This document shows positions 9,426-23,500 of a stretch of DNA of 64,000 bases, one piece after another; position 1 is the first letter of the stretch; each line of letters starts with the position of its first letter. The notes below the pieces were generated by a model. The model searched no databases. It saw only the letters and a list, made by a program, of their open reading frames with translations, and was not told the DNA's origin. The stretch is taken from assembly GCA_001643675.2 (NCBI GenBank), contig LSRY02000020.1:744001-808000 (forward strand), in the 5' to 3' direction. This DNA is from Monocercomonoides exilis PA203 (Eukaryota > Protista > Preaxostyla). The translations under genes were made by a program, and so were the position numbers.

Positions 9426-12400
9426 TCATATCTCCTTTGAGAATTGCCTCAAATGCAATTTACTTTTATCCGATGCTCTTTCTGAAGAAGAGAGGCAACC
9501 AGAAGCAGTGCAAGCTTCTCCTTCCACAGGCACATCCTCTTCTTTTCTGGTACTTATTCGAAGAGAGTCAAAAAGCTGAGATGTTGTTTGTGTGCCGGAA
9601 TCAACACATTCAGCATGATGATGTTCATGATGATGATGGTGATGTTCATAATATTGATGATGATGCTGATGAGTTGAACTGTATTCTTTTTCATTCGCAT
9701 TCTTCTCATTCTCGTTTTCTGTGCTTAATTTTCTATGGGATTGAACTTTATCACTTTGCATAGCCGAAGAATCCATCGAAGCTGAAGTGATTTGCTCTGG
9801 GGGCAATGTCATTGAAGTTGATGAAGAAGTCTGAGTTTCTTTATGATCATCTTCATACGTGTCTTTCACATTTATTTTTTCTGTGTCATTTGTTGATTGA
9901 TTCCTTTCCTTTTCTTCACCACAGCCATCAAATACAACAATACCATCTTTCTCCAACTCGCTCTTTTCAACAGGCTGAGTGTGCAGAACCTTCACAGGAA
10001 CAGAAGACTTGTCATCACTCGAAGCATTTGTATGAGAGTTGCCAGGAATAGCAAGAGAAATTGCTTGAGATGCATTTAATTCGGGATTTCCCTCTTTCTC
10101 TTTCTCTTTCTCTTTCTCTTTATTATTTTCCTTCTTTCTCCTTCCAAACTGCATAGCCATCGATAGCTTGCGCACAGCCACATCAATCCACTCCCTCCTC
10201 TTCTTCTCAAATGTGATCAGCGCTCCTCCCGTTGTCTCAAACGGCAGCATCAGCGGCACAATCGCAATGACACACCCAACCACGATGCCCTGCCTGTATG
10301 AGAAGAACGTCTCATCCAATGCCAGGCAGATGCAGAAGTTGAACAGAATAGCACATGGAAGCCCAATGTGAACAAGTCCAAGCGAAGTTGTGACTTTTGG
10401 GATGTTTACTGTGGATGAGCTGACAACAGAAGAAGATGATGCGGAGAAAGAGCAGGAAGATATAGAGGCATAAGAGAGATCAGATGGAGCTGATGCATTT
10501 GATGTGTCGAGAGAAGAGGAATCCTGTGAAATGGAAGACAGAAGAGCATCAATGTTCTTGCCAGAAGAAGAACAAGAAGTAGTAGAAGAAGAAGAAGTAT
10601 TATAAGAAGATATCGAGATATTCTGAGATGTTCCAATCGATGCAGAAGGAGGTGATTTCCGAGAGTGTGCCACAAGAAGAGTGTTTTTGGCAAAGCGGTT
10701 CATGAAAAACACGCCAATTGCATACATCAGCCAGAGGGGGCTGAAGAGCTTCACCCAACTGCAGTGCTGGATGTAGTTCTTCAGCTTGCTCTGGAAGGAA
10801 GAGAACCATGTGTCTGAATGAAGAAGCAAGAGAGAAGAAGAAAAAGATGAAATGGAAGAAGAAGAAGAAGAAGAAATTGAAGAGGAGAAAGAAGAGTTTG
10901 TGGAGTGAATAAGAAGCTGAAATGGATCATCCTGCGAAGGAACAGAGATGCGGATGAGGACGAGAAAGATCTGAAGGACAATCAGAAGCAGCTCAAAAGT
11001 GAAGAGGGCGATAGATGTGGAGGAAGGCTCCATGCGGAAGGAAGATATTGTCGAGCTCAGCTTTTCGGCCAGCGGGCTGAGCAGAGGTGATTGTGCAATG
11101 AAAGAAGGAAGAGGAGTCTGAGAGAGTTGAAGTGGCAAGTGAGAATGGGGATGAGAAGAAGAAGAAGAAGAAGATGATGATGATGAAGAGGAGGAAGAAG
11201 AGGAAGAAGAAGAGGAAGGTGATGCTAACAGATTCTTTCGAAAAGCAGAAGGAAAAGATTTGCTTCGTGTGTGTGAAGTCATGCTGCTTGAAAGAGTTGA
11301 GGTTGATGATTTTGCTGTATCAATCTGAGGTTTCTGTTGCGTCTGTTGCTTTAATATAAACTGTGCATCATTTTTCGTATCAGAATTAGTTTCATCAGAC
11401 AACTCTTCTTTTTGCAAATAGTTTTTAACGTCTGGCTTTTTGTTGTTAATTGCATCTTCCATTTCTTTTATGATTTTTTCCTCCACCATCTCTTCTTCTT
11501 CCTCTTCCTCCTCTTCCTCCTCCTCTTCTTCTTCATCTGAGCTGCTCGTCCAGTTCGACAGGGCATACCCCATTTCTCTGCTATCGTCGCTGTATCGCAA
11601 GCCCATTTCCTCATTCTGTTCCTCCAGCGCCTGTGAAAGCAGCGAGCGCCCCTTTTCTGCTTTCTTTAGTAGTGTGAAGGAGAAGTTTGGAGGAGGAACA
11701 TATTCACCTGATTGTCCTCTGCGCATCAAAGGATTGTCTGAATTAAGTCTGTTTTTATTGTTATTGTTATTGTTAATGGTATGGCGGAGTGTGTGATGCG
11801 ATGTTCTATTGTGCAAATGCTGATTGCTATGCTTGTTCTTGTTCTCACTCAACAATGAAGAAGAAGAAGAAGAAGAAGAATTAGAAGAGCTCAAATACGT
11901 CGACAAGCGAGACGAGGAAGAGTCTGTGCCTTCTTTCTCTTCTTTCTCTTCTTCCTCGTTTCTGTCGTCTGACAGCTCATCCGCATCGTCAAAAGGAACA
12001 CTCGAAACACTCGGCGGTGCCAAGAAAAGCGGCAAAAGCGAGCGAAATATGAAGAAAATCGATGCCAGCTCAAACAGCAGCGGGACGGTCTGGATGAAGC
12101 AAGGCAGGCTGACGCCGAAGAGATCGTAAAAGTTGTGCGGCAGATTGACCACTGCCGCGCCGGCAAGAATGCCTGCCTGTGCTGCCTCCACATCAACATC
12201 ATTCACAAAGTCACCATAGCCACAGAGCCGCGCATACCACACAAAGAGAAACAAAGTGAAGAAGGGGTTGCCAAACAGGAAGGAGAAAGCGACCGTTTCG
12301 TTTGAGAGGAGCGAAGGGAAGATTTCAGCAGAGGAGCCGATGACAGCAGATACAGACAGAAAGCCCATCAGAATGACAAACAGGAACGAGTTTATCCACA

Positions 12401-15400
12401 TCGGCAGGAAGACGAAAAGAGAGGAGGTTTTGAGAGAGGAGAACAGAGCGACAAAAGGATGTGCTAAGAACTGGGCGACAGATTTCACTGGAGATGGGAC
12501 ATGAGACCCAAACACGGTTAGAAGATGAGGTATTTTGGCAACGAATGGAATCCGCTGAAGGATGAAGCTGTTCAAAAAGCGAAGCAAATGAATCAGAGGA
12601 GCAAAAACGAAGCGGAGAATCCTTGTGAATGTAGAAACATTGCTAACTCTTCCAACAAGTGACTTATCGACTCCATCGACTCCATCAGCACTCAAACTGT
12701 CTCCCTTTGTCAGTTCTGTCTCAGAAAGCAAGGTGTGCAGAATGAGGAAGATTAGCGAAAGCGAAAGAAGCAGCCGCGATGCATTGGACACAAACGACAG
12801 AAAACTTGCTTTTGTTGGCGAAGAACCCAAGCCGAAGAAGCGAACAAGTCCTCCGATTTCTTCACTAGCGTCTCCTTCGTCTTCTTCTGCCACTTCTTCT
12901 TCCTCAGTGGCTGAGGAGCACAACGGGGAGTAAGGCGAGTAAGGTGCATAGGACTGCTGAAGCGGCGAAGCAGAAGGAGAAGTGAAGAACTTTGACGAGC
13001 TCAGAAGAGAATCGGCACTGCCGTATTTGTCTCCAGAGGCTGGGGAATACGGCGTTTCCGCACCAGAAAGAGAGCCCGAGAAGGAATTAGAGAATGAGCC
13101 AGAGAAAGAGCCAGGGGTGGCGTAAGGCGAGGTGAATGAAGGGCTCTGAGAGTAGTTTGAGTAAGGCGTGCACCGGCTCATCCCGACAAGGCTTTCGCTG
13201 TCGCCACAGTCGCCGTCTGCGATGAATTCGAGTGGAGAAGGCTCAGAGAAGGGGAGGAAGGACTGGAAGAACTTGGATATTCGAGCAGAAACGCTCTTTT
13301 TGGATGAGGTTGACGGATCGATGGGGGAAAGGTGCGAGGAAGAAGAAGAAGAAGAAGATGATGATGATGAATACACTTTCGAAGCAGAAATTGATCTGTC
13401 AGAAGAAAAAGTGGAGTTTGAAGACGAATCCGAAGACGCCGACAAATCTCTCCTTTTCATCGCATCTTCTCCATCCTCACAAAATACATCATCATCATCG
13501 TCATTCTCCTCATTCTCCTCATTCTCTTCCTCGTTTTCCTCTCTCTTCTGCTTCTCCTTCCCAAACGCCAAGTTCATTATCGAGTCCCAAATAGAAGAGA
13601 GCTGAATGGGCACCTGCTCCTGCAGCTGCTGTGCCCAGTTGCTGCCTGTCTCGCTGGCGGTGGAGAAAAGGCCATAGATCGCAGCAATGGACGAGTCATC
13701 TTCCACTATAGAGCCGGTTGACGTGGGGAGAAAAGAGGAAGAGGAGGAAGAAGAAATTCCTGAGAAAGCAGAGGAAAAGGAGGAAGAAGAAGAGGAGGAA
13801 GAAGCAGAAGAAGAACCAGATGAAGAAGACGCTGTTGTTGATGAGACAGCGATGTCATTTGATGCCAAGCCAACGTCGAGCCCTGAAAAGGAAGTGACTG
13901 GGGAAAGAAACTCCATCAGCAGTCTGAAGCTATTCATGAGGAAGTGGGCGAAACGAGAGAGGAGGGAAAAGAGGAAAAACAGGAAGGACAAAAGAGAATG
14001 GGCATATCTGAAGAATGTTTGAGATGCTGTGGAGGAGGACTTGTCGGTTGGATGCTGCAATGTGGATGATGTTGAAGAAGAGGAAGAGGAAGAGGAAGAG
14101 GAAGAAGAAGAAGCAGGAAGAGGAGGAGGAGAAGAAGATGAGGATGAATTAGATTGAACATTTGGTTGTGGTTCATTCAAAATCGAAGCAGATTTACCAT
14201 TTAAAGAAGATAAAGATGAGTCAGATGGAATACCGATTGAATCTGTATCTTTCATTGAAGTTGCTACTGCCTGCTTTGTTTCAGTTGAATCATGAGAAGG
14301 ACTATCAGACAGGGATACCTTCATTTCTTGTGATTGATTGAGATTGGATATTTCAGATAAGCTTAATTCAATGTTGTCTTTGGGCTTTTCATCCTCTTCA
14401 GAATGAGAACAAGACGCGTCTTCAATTGGCTTATCACAATTGATAACTTCAGTTGTCAAATCCTTTTTTCCCTGTATTTCTTTCTCATCGCATTCAATTT
14501 CTTTATTTTCTCCTTCTTTCTCCAAATCACACATCAACTGTTGCTCATCCGCCCCAGAAGATCCAACTTGTCCCTTCTTTCCATCATCCTTCTCATCCTT
14601 CTCCTCATTCTCCTCCTTCTCTTCCCCTTTCTTCGCGCTATCAACTGGCACATTCATCTTGATGACTTGATGCTTCCATTGTAGATAATCATGCATCAAA
14701 ACAGTTGTGGCTGTGGAGCTGACATTCAACATAGACGGCGTCTGAGGGCGGTTCTCTGACAGAGTGAAAGGAGTGAGGGAACGAAAAGAAGAGGACGTGG
14801 ACAAAGCAGAAGGAGAAGAACAAGAAGGGCTGGAAGAACAAGAAGAGTGGGAGGAGCAGGAAGAAGCGGATGATGAAGGAGGAGGTGTTAAAGGTGGATA
14901 TGTATCATTGAAGTCACATGTTCCGATAAGGTTTTGATAAGAAGTTTCTCTTGAAGCTGACACAAAAGGCAGCATAACATGAGAGAACTGGGAGTGTTCA
15001 ATGGGAACTTTCAAATAAGGAATAGGGGGATTGTCATCGACAAGCTGGACGATGCCGTCAGAATGAGAGACGGAATGAGCTAAAGAAACGTATAGAACAT
15101 AAAAATCAATATATAAAAAAACATGAATGAGAAAGAAAGAGAAAGAGAAAGAAAGAAAGAGAAAGTTAGCAAAGGAAAGATGCAAATAAAAACATATTTG
15201 TTTAACAGACAAATTGTTATCAATATGCACATATCAAAAATTCTATAAAAACATACCAAAACAGAAATACAAAGGCAATTTGCTTTCTTGTATGATTTTT
15301 CTGTCTGCATCTTCCATTTTCCCGAGAGATCTATGAAAAGAAGGGAGAAGAGGCGCAAGAATGGGCTTTGTTGACTTAGCTGCCATGTCATCAGAAAGAA

Positions 15401-18400
15401 GAAGAGAAGGAAGAGATAATGAGACAGACAAGCTTTGCTGCTGGTTTATAGAAGAAGACTTGACAGATGGGGAAGGCAGAGGAAGAAGAGGAGAACGCAC
15501 TGAGAAAGAAGATATAAAGGATGAACAAGGAAGGACAAAGGAATTCCAAGAGGAGGAGGAATAAGAAGAAGTTGATGATGACGAAAAAGATGAAGACGAA
15601 GAGGAAAGAGAAGAAGAAGAAGATGAAGATGATTTCTGTTCATTTAACATATTTGCAGCAAACGCCAAGTTTTTGATGTCCCTTTGCAGATCTTCATTTG
15701 AGAAGATCCAGCCTTCCATGTCACTCAATAGAGATCCTTCAAACATGCTGTCAAATGAATGCAGAAGATATTTGGTGCCTCTGTTACAAATATCAAGTTC
15801 TTCTTCCTCTTCTTTTTCTTCTTCTGCATTTCTCTTTCTCTTCTTATCTTCTCTCTCTTCGCCTTCATTTCTCTCTCCACTCTCCACCAATGTGTCAGGC
15901 GTTATCTCTTTTACCGTGAAGTCTAATGTTCGCGCAGGCGAACCTTTTGCAGAAGAAGAAGAAGAAGAAACCAAATCTGAACCATCCAATGGAAGCCCAG
16001 TATTTCCTGCTGAAAGCAGCTTTCCAAGCGATTCCATTGGCTCAGCCTGTCTCGCTGGCTCATTCGAAAGAGAAGGAGTGCCAATTGTCTGGAAAGTGTA
16101 TGCACAGGACTCCGCTTCTGCTTCAAAGCCCGTGGGGATGATGATCAAGGGAGCATAGCTGCTTCCTGAGAACGAAACACACAGTGAATTCACATTGGTC
16201 GAAGCACTCGAAACTCCACATTCAGAAGCGAAGAAAGTGCTGTCGAGATGAATTGTGGGTGTAGGTTCTCTGGGAAGCGGAAGGGCGTGTTCTTCGAATG
16301 TCAGATTCGACGGATGGCAAATGACTGAAGCTGAGGCTGATTTGGGCACAGTTGTAGTGACAGTTGCAGCCATTGAGATAGACAAGGAGGAAGTCGATGA
16401 GTTTGTAGAGAAAGTGCTTGGCGTCAGGGCACATACAGGGAAAGTGGCAGATGTGGTTGTAGGAGAAGAGGCTAGTGAAGAATGTGTCGATGCCAATGTG
16501 GATGAAGAAGACACTGGTTTCATTTCATTCGCACTCGATTTTTCAGTTGAAGAGGTTGTGCTTTTCTCAACATTCTGTTCAGACTCAGACAAATCAGATT
16601 GCTGAGAATAAACCGGATAGCTCTGGTCGCTCAGCTGCTCTGCTTTCAGAGTGGACTCCGCACACAATGAATCAAGCGATGCTATCGGCACGTGGGGATT
16701 GCTGGGAACTTTGATGCTTTTGCACTGATCAGAGTCATTTTCAGTAAAATCTTTGATTTGGTCTCTATTATTGACATCGTTTTCTTCTCTTTCTCCTTCT
16801 CCCTTTCTTTCATCTCCTTCTTCTCCTTCTCCTTCTCCTTTTTTCTGTTCTTGTTCTTGCTGTTCTTGCAGCTGCTCCTGTTGAATGCGACTATTCACAT
16901 GGCTCTTTGCACTTGAGCGTGCCAAGATGTGTTCCGTCTGCGACAGATAAAGCGGAAGCCCCGCAGCAAACGGCAGGAAAGGGTCAGGAACAGATGAAGA
17001 GCGGACGAGATCGCAGACAGGGCTGAACGATGAACGACCTGAAGCCAAACAAGTGCAGTGTGTCTGGGATGGATTGGTGGAAGTGAAATTTGAATGAGGT
17101 GGGGACTGATATGAACAAGGAGAGGAGGAAGAGGAAGGAGAACAAGAGGAAGAGGAAGGAGAAGAAGATGAAGAGAGGGCTTGGGAAGGAGGGAGAAATG
17201 TTGAGCATGTTGATGTGAAGAGAGGAGAGTAGGAAGGAGTCTTTGAGCATGAAGCAGGTGTGGAACAAGAATTGAGGCTTAGGTGAGAAAATACATATGA
17301 AAAAGCGCTGGATTCAAAAGAATTGGAAGAAGTCTTGTGATGAGTTGACAAAGGATGAAGAGAATAAATAGGATACATATCTAAAGAGACACCTGCTTTT
17401 GTTTGAATGACTGGTTGGATATTATTCCCAACAACACTTCCAGTTTTCATTTGTCCGAAATATGGAGAAATGGCAGCAAAAGCAGCAGCAGAAGAAGGAC
17501 TTGAATAGATTGGGCATAAATCCACCTCAGCAGAAGATCTGAAGAAATGGTTGAGCTTTTCGCTTTCATCTTCCATTCCTAATTCAGGTGAAGACATACT
17601 AACAAAAAACGGATCCAAAAGCACAGATTCCCTTTGACACGAGTTGGAAACAGAAGAGTTTGAAGAAGACGATCCGAACAAATAGAGAGAATGAAAAAGT
17701 GATACAAAATCTTCATTTTGCTTAACTTTAAGTTGTCTCATAGAAGTTTCCTCTTTTATTGTTTCATTGTTTGTATTAGAAGATGCTATTGAAGACAGAG
17801 AAGCAGCCTGAGTGCCTTCTGGAATGGTCAACAAGGAGTGTCCTTGATGATGCAACAGCTCTTGTGACATCACTGCAGTTGCATGTTTTCTAATCACTTG
17901 CTGTTCAGAAGGTACAGAATATACAGAATGACTGCTCTTTGAATGGCGGAATGCAGAAAAAGAGTTTCTTCGAGTGAGACTTCGTGAAGATTTGTGCTTT
18001 TGAATGTCAAATGGCACAACCTCCTTCTCTAATGTATGTGAATATGACGAAGAAACAGAAGGGAAAAGACGGGTGTGCATTGGCGATGACGAGGCGTCCA
18101 CATACTTTCTGCGATGGTTCTTTCTTCTGTTTGACTCAACTTTTCTCCTTCTCTTTCTGTTCTGCTCATCGGTTTGTGGAGTAATATGATAGTTCGAGCC
18201 ATCTGTGCCTAATTCCCGTGCATTGCAATCAGCAGAGTTACACTCACGTTTTTCATTTTGTTGTGCTGATCTATTGTGAAGATGATGATGCTGGCAGCTT
18301 TGCTGAGTTCGCTTTTGTTCGTCGATTTCGACACCAATTGCAGAATTCCCTGTTCTGGCATCAAAAGCATTTCCTCTTCGCTTCAAAACCAAATTATCAT

Positions 18401-20327
18401 TGCCATCAAAACTGTCTTCCTTTTCGTATATCTCATGCTTTCTTCTTTGCTGCTCGTTCATCTGAAAGGACTCTTCTGGATGTTCTCTTTGACTTTCTCC
18501 TTCTCTCCTTCTTCTTTTTCTTCTTCTTCTATCACCTTTTGTTGCCTTCTGCATCCGTTTTCTGCTCTTTTCATTTCTTCTCTTCATCAGTCGCTTCCTT
18601 TTTTCAACAACATGCTCCTTTTCTGTAGCAAGCTGCTGCTCTTTTTCTGCGAGCGAATGATTTTTCAGTGCAACTTCAATCAGACAATCGAGAAGCTGGG
18701 TGAATGTATCGAGAAACATGATTGCAAAATACAGAATCGCTGGCCCAAAGATGACTGTTGGATGCTGCATTGTCGACAGGAAAAACGCAGAACGAGAAGA
18801 AGAAGAAGAAGAAGAAGAAATCAATTGTGAATCTGAAGTGTTTATCTGATTTTGCATGGAATCATTAAGTAATGTTGCACGTCCAGCCGAAGAGGTGTTT
18901 GTCGAATTAACACACAATTCGCTTGATAAGCGCACACCAAATCCTGAATGAGGAGCATACTCCAAATAGAACAGCAGAAGCAGGTTGGTGATAAACAGAA
19001 GATTCACAGAAAAGTTCCGGAAGACTGTTCTTTTTGTTGATGAAATCGAAGAAGTGGTTGTAGAAGAAGAAGCAGAAGAAGAAGAAGAGTCAGCTACGAG
19101 GGGAGAAACAACTGCAGATGATGGTGTCGAAGCAGAAGAGCTATTCCCAAGCAAAGAAGCTGTCATGGAATAGCCAGAAGCACGAGATGTCTGTGGAAGA
19201 GAAGAAGCAGGTATCGCTGCTGTGTTGAGTGTCTGATCTGGATCTGAGGCTGTTGATTTTTGAAGTGTCTTTGAAGATGCTTTTCCGGATTTGCGAGATG
19301 AAAACAGCAAAGCGGCAAGATCAGAAAATGACAGCAAAAAGAAGCATATCTCAGGAATAGCTATTGGAATGCTGACGGCAAAATATGAAAAATTTAACCC
19401 ATGAAATGCGTGAAGTGATGATGGGAATAAGCATTTTATCATTTGTCGTATGGTTGTTATAATAATTGGTATGCAGCTAGAAAGAGTCGAATAAATATTT
19501 CTAAATAGCTTAAAAGGCCGTGCAATTGCGCTCAATAAAAAAATAGTTTTATGATCTGTGTGGATAGAATTTGGTGCATCTCCAACACTTGAATTAAAAG
19601 GTAAAGTGCAATTTGATGACATTTCCAATGTAGAATTCATCGATAGAATACCTGATTGTATTGATGCATCACTTGAATAGACGTTGTACATCACGCGAAA
19701 CATTAATAGTACGGTTGATAAAATTAACATAGCTCCAACAAAAATAAATGTCACTCGCTTTATGTTCGCATAAGTTCGGGTAAATCTCCATATGTATAAA
19801 AATACATTTCCTTCGGCACAAAAAAGAAGCACAAAGAGATGCTGAACGGGTATTGAAATGATTCCATCGAGATACAGCGGTAAGCACAACACCAACAAAA
19901 ATGAAAAAGGTGAAGTTACAGAAGCAAAAGCATAAAATGTTTGCTCAACCAATACCTAAAGCATTAATCAAATAATGTCAATCACGTTCAAACGAAAATA
20001 AAAGTCATTAGCGATTTATCACATCATAAAAATCAAAAAATATACCGTATCCCAAATCTTCACGCTATTCGTTGAACGAGCGATTAAATAAATGCATACA
20101 GCAACAAGAAAGCACAAGAACCACAGCATAAGTGGAGAAAAAACGTACAACCATTGCCATGTAACTATTCCTTCAAGTTTAAGTGTTAAAAAGAAAACAA
20201 GGCAAAGAAGAAGGAAAGAAGCCACAAATGTCAAATAGTTCGATAGGACTTGAGCTCCATCTGTTCCTTCAATGCAAACCCAGCAATATGGCAAAGGCTT
20301 TCGCGCGGATTTCGATGGGTTCGCCAT
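9426..20327 (-). CDS. Giant (about 3500 aa) multi-pass membrane protein with TMEM185/FAM11 (Tmemb_185A)-like repeats
   Basis: ORFs 20019-20327, 15243-19952 and 9426-15230 join in frame through GT-AG introns 20045-19956 and 15256-15080. The motifs FLTLKLEGIVTWQWLYVFSPLMLW, LPLYLDGIISIP and SWVKLFSPLWLM resemble the L.LD....WSW..VF.PLW repeat. Confidence 0.7.
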
Positions 20328-20564
20328 TGATCTTTTTCAATAATCTTTTTATTCTCAAAACATGAACAAAAATTATTATAAAAATGAATTATATTTAAGG
20401 AAGCACTTAGAATAAAAATAAAGACAATTCATTACAAAAAAATATTCATTGACCCTTTTTATTTTTTGTGATTTGACATTCTCGTTCATTTGTTGATTGC
20501 CGAGGAATTTCTTTTTTGATTCAAAATTTCTCGATATAAAGTTGCGTACAATATAGTCTAAAAC

Positions 20565-23500
20565 ATGGGACCTACGCCTAGTTCAATTAAAACGGGCCAG
20601 TCCTTAAATCTCGAAGGAAAATCACTTTCTAATATCCCTCAAGAAGTTCTGAAGCTAAACCTGCAAGATATCGAGCAACTAAATGCGTCTACAAATTTTT
20701 TGGAAGAACTTGCAGATTTGCAAACGGCTTTCCCTTCCATGAAGTCCATGAATATTTCGAGAAATATGTTTAGGCATTTTCCACAAACTTTATCTGGAAT
20801 GAAAAATTTGGAAGTTCTTGTTTGCCACATAAAGATGCATTTCTTTTTGAAAACAAAATAATAATGCATTGTTTTTCAAAACTTGTGAATTTAGGACTTA
20901 AGTCACAACTTGATTGAAGACTTTCCACATATTATTCTGCCAAAATTGAAAGAATTATGGATTCACACAAATTGCTTGTTGTCGATTCCTCATGATCTTG
21001 GAATCCTTTTTCCAAATCTTGTGCTCCTTTTAATTCAAAGAAATAGGTCTATTTTTGTAGTTTTTTGATTGAAATAACTTAAAAGAATTTGATTTCAGAA
21101 TAATGACATTTCCCTACATAAACTTACCATTGCTGACACGGATAGAAGGCGAGTACAATCAAATAAAGTCCATTGATCGGGTTATAAACGCACCTGTTCT
21201 AACGACTTTATCCTTTCCTCTGAATGATATTTCTGTTTTTTCTCTTCCATTTCAATCAAACATTCGTCAATTGACTCATCTTGATCTTCGATTCAACCTT
21301 TTGAGATCCATTCCCGAACAGGTGCGTTTTTTTCATTTGTTTTGCACGCTTTCTGTAATAAGCAGTCATTTCCACTTTTATTATTGATTTATTAAATTTC
21401 TCAGACTTGGCTTCATCTTAGTAATGTGCGAGAATTGGGCCTTTCACACAACCAATTGTGCGCTCTTCCGAATTCACTGGGCTCTTTGATGTCGAATCTG
21501 GAAGAATTGTGGATTGGAGAAAATTGTCTTGTTGAACTGCCAATCTCAATAACAAACATGAAGGTTAGCTTCTGTTCTTTCAAAAAACAGCGAATAATTT
21601 CGAAATCTCTTTTTATTTTATATTTAACAACATCTAATTGCTTCTAAACTTCTATTTTATAATGAATGCTCTTTCTGTCAAATTTCTGTAACAGCATCTG
21701 AGCTTCATCCACGCCCCTTCCAATTGTCTTCGAACATGCCCTCCTTTTCTGCTGAATCCTTCGCCAACAAAAGTCAACGTCTCCAACAATTTCCTAGAAT
21801 CGACGCCTCTTCTTGGCCAGTCGGTGGTGGCATTCACAGCAGACCACAACAGAATAGAAGAAGTTGTCCGTATGCTTTGGAGGATACTTGGAGAAAAGTT
21901 GATTAGGGTGGAATTTTATTTTTTTTTTCTTTTTTGAAGATTAATGGAGAAAGTGAAAATTGAAGCAGAAAAAAAATTTGATATTTTCATTTGAATTTAT
22001 TCTTTTTTTGAGAGAGAGAGAATTATGAGAGTTTTATTGAGTTCAAACAAATATTCATAATTAATTTTTTATGAAAAAAAATAACTTTATTCTTTACATT
22101 CTTTCCCCCCAGCATTCTCCCCTTCCTCTCAACTACAGGCCCTTTGGCTTCGCTGGAACCGCCTGACAACCGTCCCCGATACCATTTTAGCGCTTCCGCT
22201 GAGCACACTTCTGTTAGGCGGCAACAAGCTCAGCGAAATTGCCAACAACTTTTCGCTGATGACCTCCCTTCGTGTATTAGACCTCTCCTTCAACCACTTG
22301 AGCGAGGTGCCTGTCTGCCTCTCTTCCCTCTGGCTGCTGACGAAGCTCAACTTGGCCTTCAACCACATCTCATCCGTCCCTTCCTGGCTGTTCGTACTGC
22401 CCATGCTGCGGGTGCTTGTTTTGAGCGGGAACAAAATTAAAGATCTTCCTTCTGTTGAAGACATGAGGGACATCATCAGACGCTCAGCAGAAATGTATCC
22501 ATCCAATTTCCGCACTGCGATGAATTCAGCAGCTTTGTCTTCGTCTTCATCTACATCTTCAGCTTCTGCTTCTGCCTCTTCCTCTGATTCTACTTCCTTA
22601 CCAAATTCTCCTTCGTCTTCATCATCATCATCTTCTTCTTCCTCTGATTTTGGCGTGTCTGTCTATCGCTCTGTCATTATGAACGCATTAAACACATCAA
22701 AAGGAGGTGTAAATTCATTCACTGACATTGAAAATGCCTCAAACATAGTCGAATTGTTTCCTCAATCTATTCCCAAACCAGAAAATGACACAAAGCCACA
22801 CACAATAACTGCAAAAGAACAGCTTTCAAACAACAATTCTTTGGGCACTTCTTCTGAGAATGCATCATCTTCTGACTCATCTTCAAGATTTTCCTCTCAA
22901 AAAGACACAAAAACAGCCTCAGATTCGTCTGACCGCATTTTCCATTCGAAGACTTCAGCATTCCGAAAAGTGGCTGACCACTCAATCAGTCGGAAAAAAG
23001 AGAAAGAAAAAGAAAAAGAAAAAGAGAAAGAGAAGATGTCAAGAGAGCTTGAAGCAGATATACAGTCCAAAATGCTCAGCCTGGGAATCGGCTACCAGCA
23101 GATGATGGTGCCTTCCCCTTCCACACTCCCCTGTGCTGTTCCGAACATTCCTCCTTCTGCCTCTTTGTCTCCGCTCGTCCACCTTTCGCTCTCGTCTAAC
23201 CATCTCACTGCTTTCCCTCCGCTTATCCTCCAGTTCTCCTGTTTAGAGACGCTCTTGCTCGCACACAATGCCATTCCTTCTGTCCCAGACTCACTTCTCA
23301 TTCTCCAGCCGTCGCTTTCTCGCTTAGACCTCTCATACAACCAGATTTCAATGCTTTCACCATCTTTTATTCCACCTTCACACAAAATGGCGTATTTTGA
23401 TGTTTCGCACAATAAGCTGAAGGAAATACCCACAAAAATCGCTTGTTGTGTGCCGGCGCTGCAGAAGGCATCGCTCGAGGCATACCGCCGGGCAATGAAG

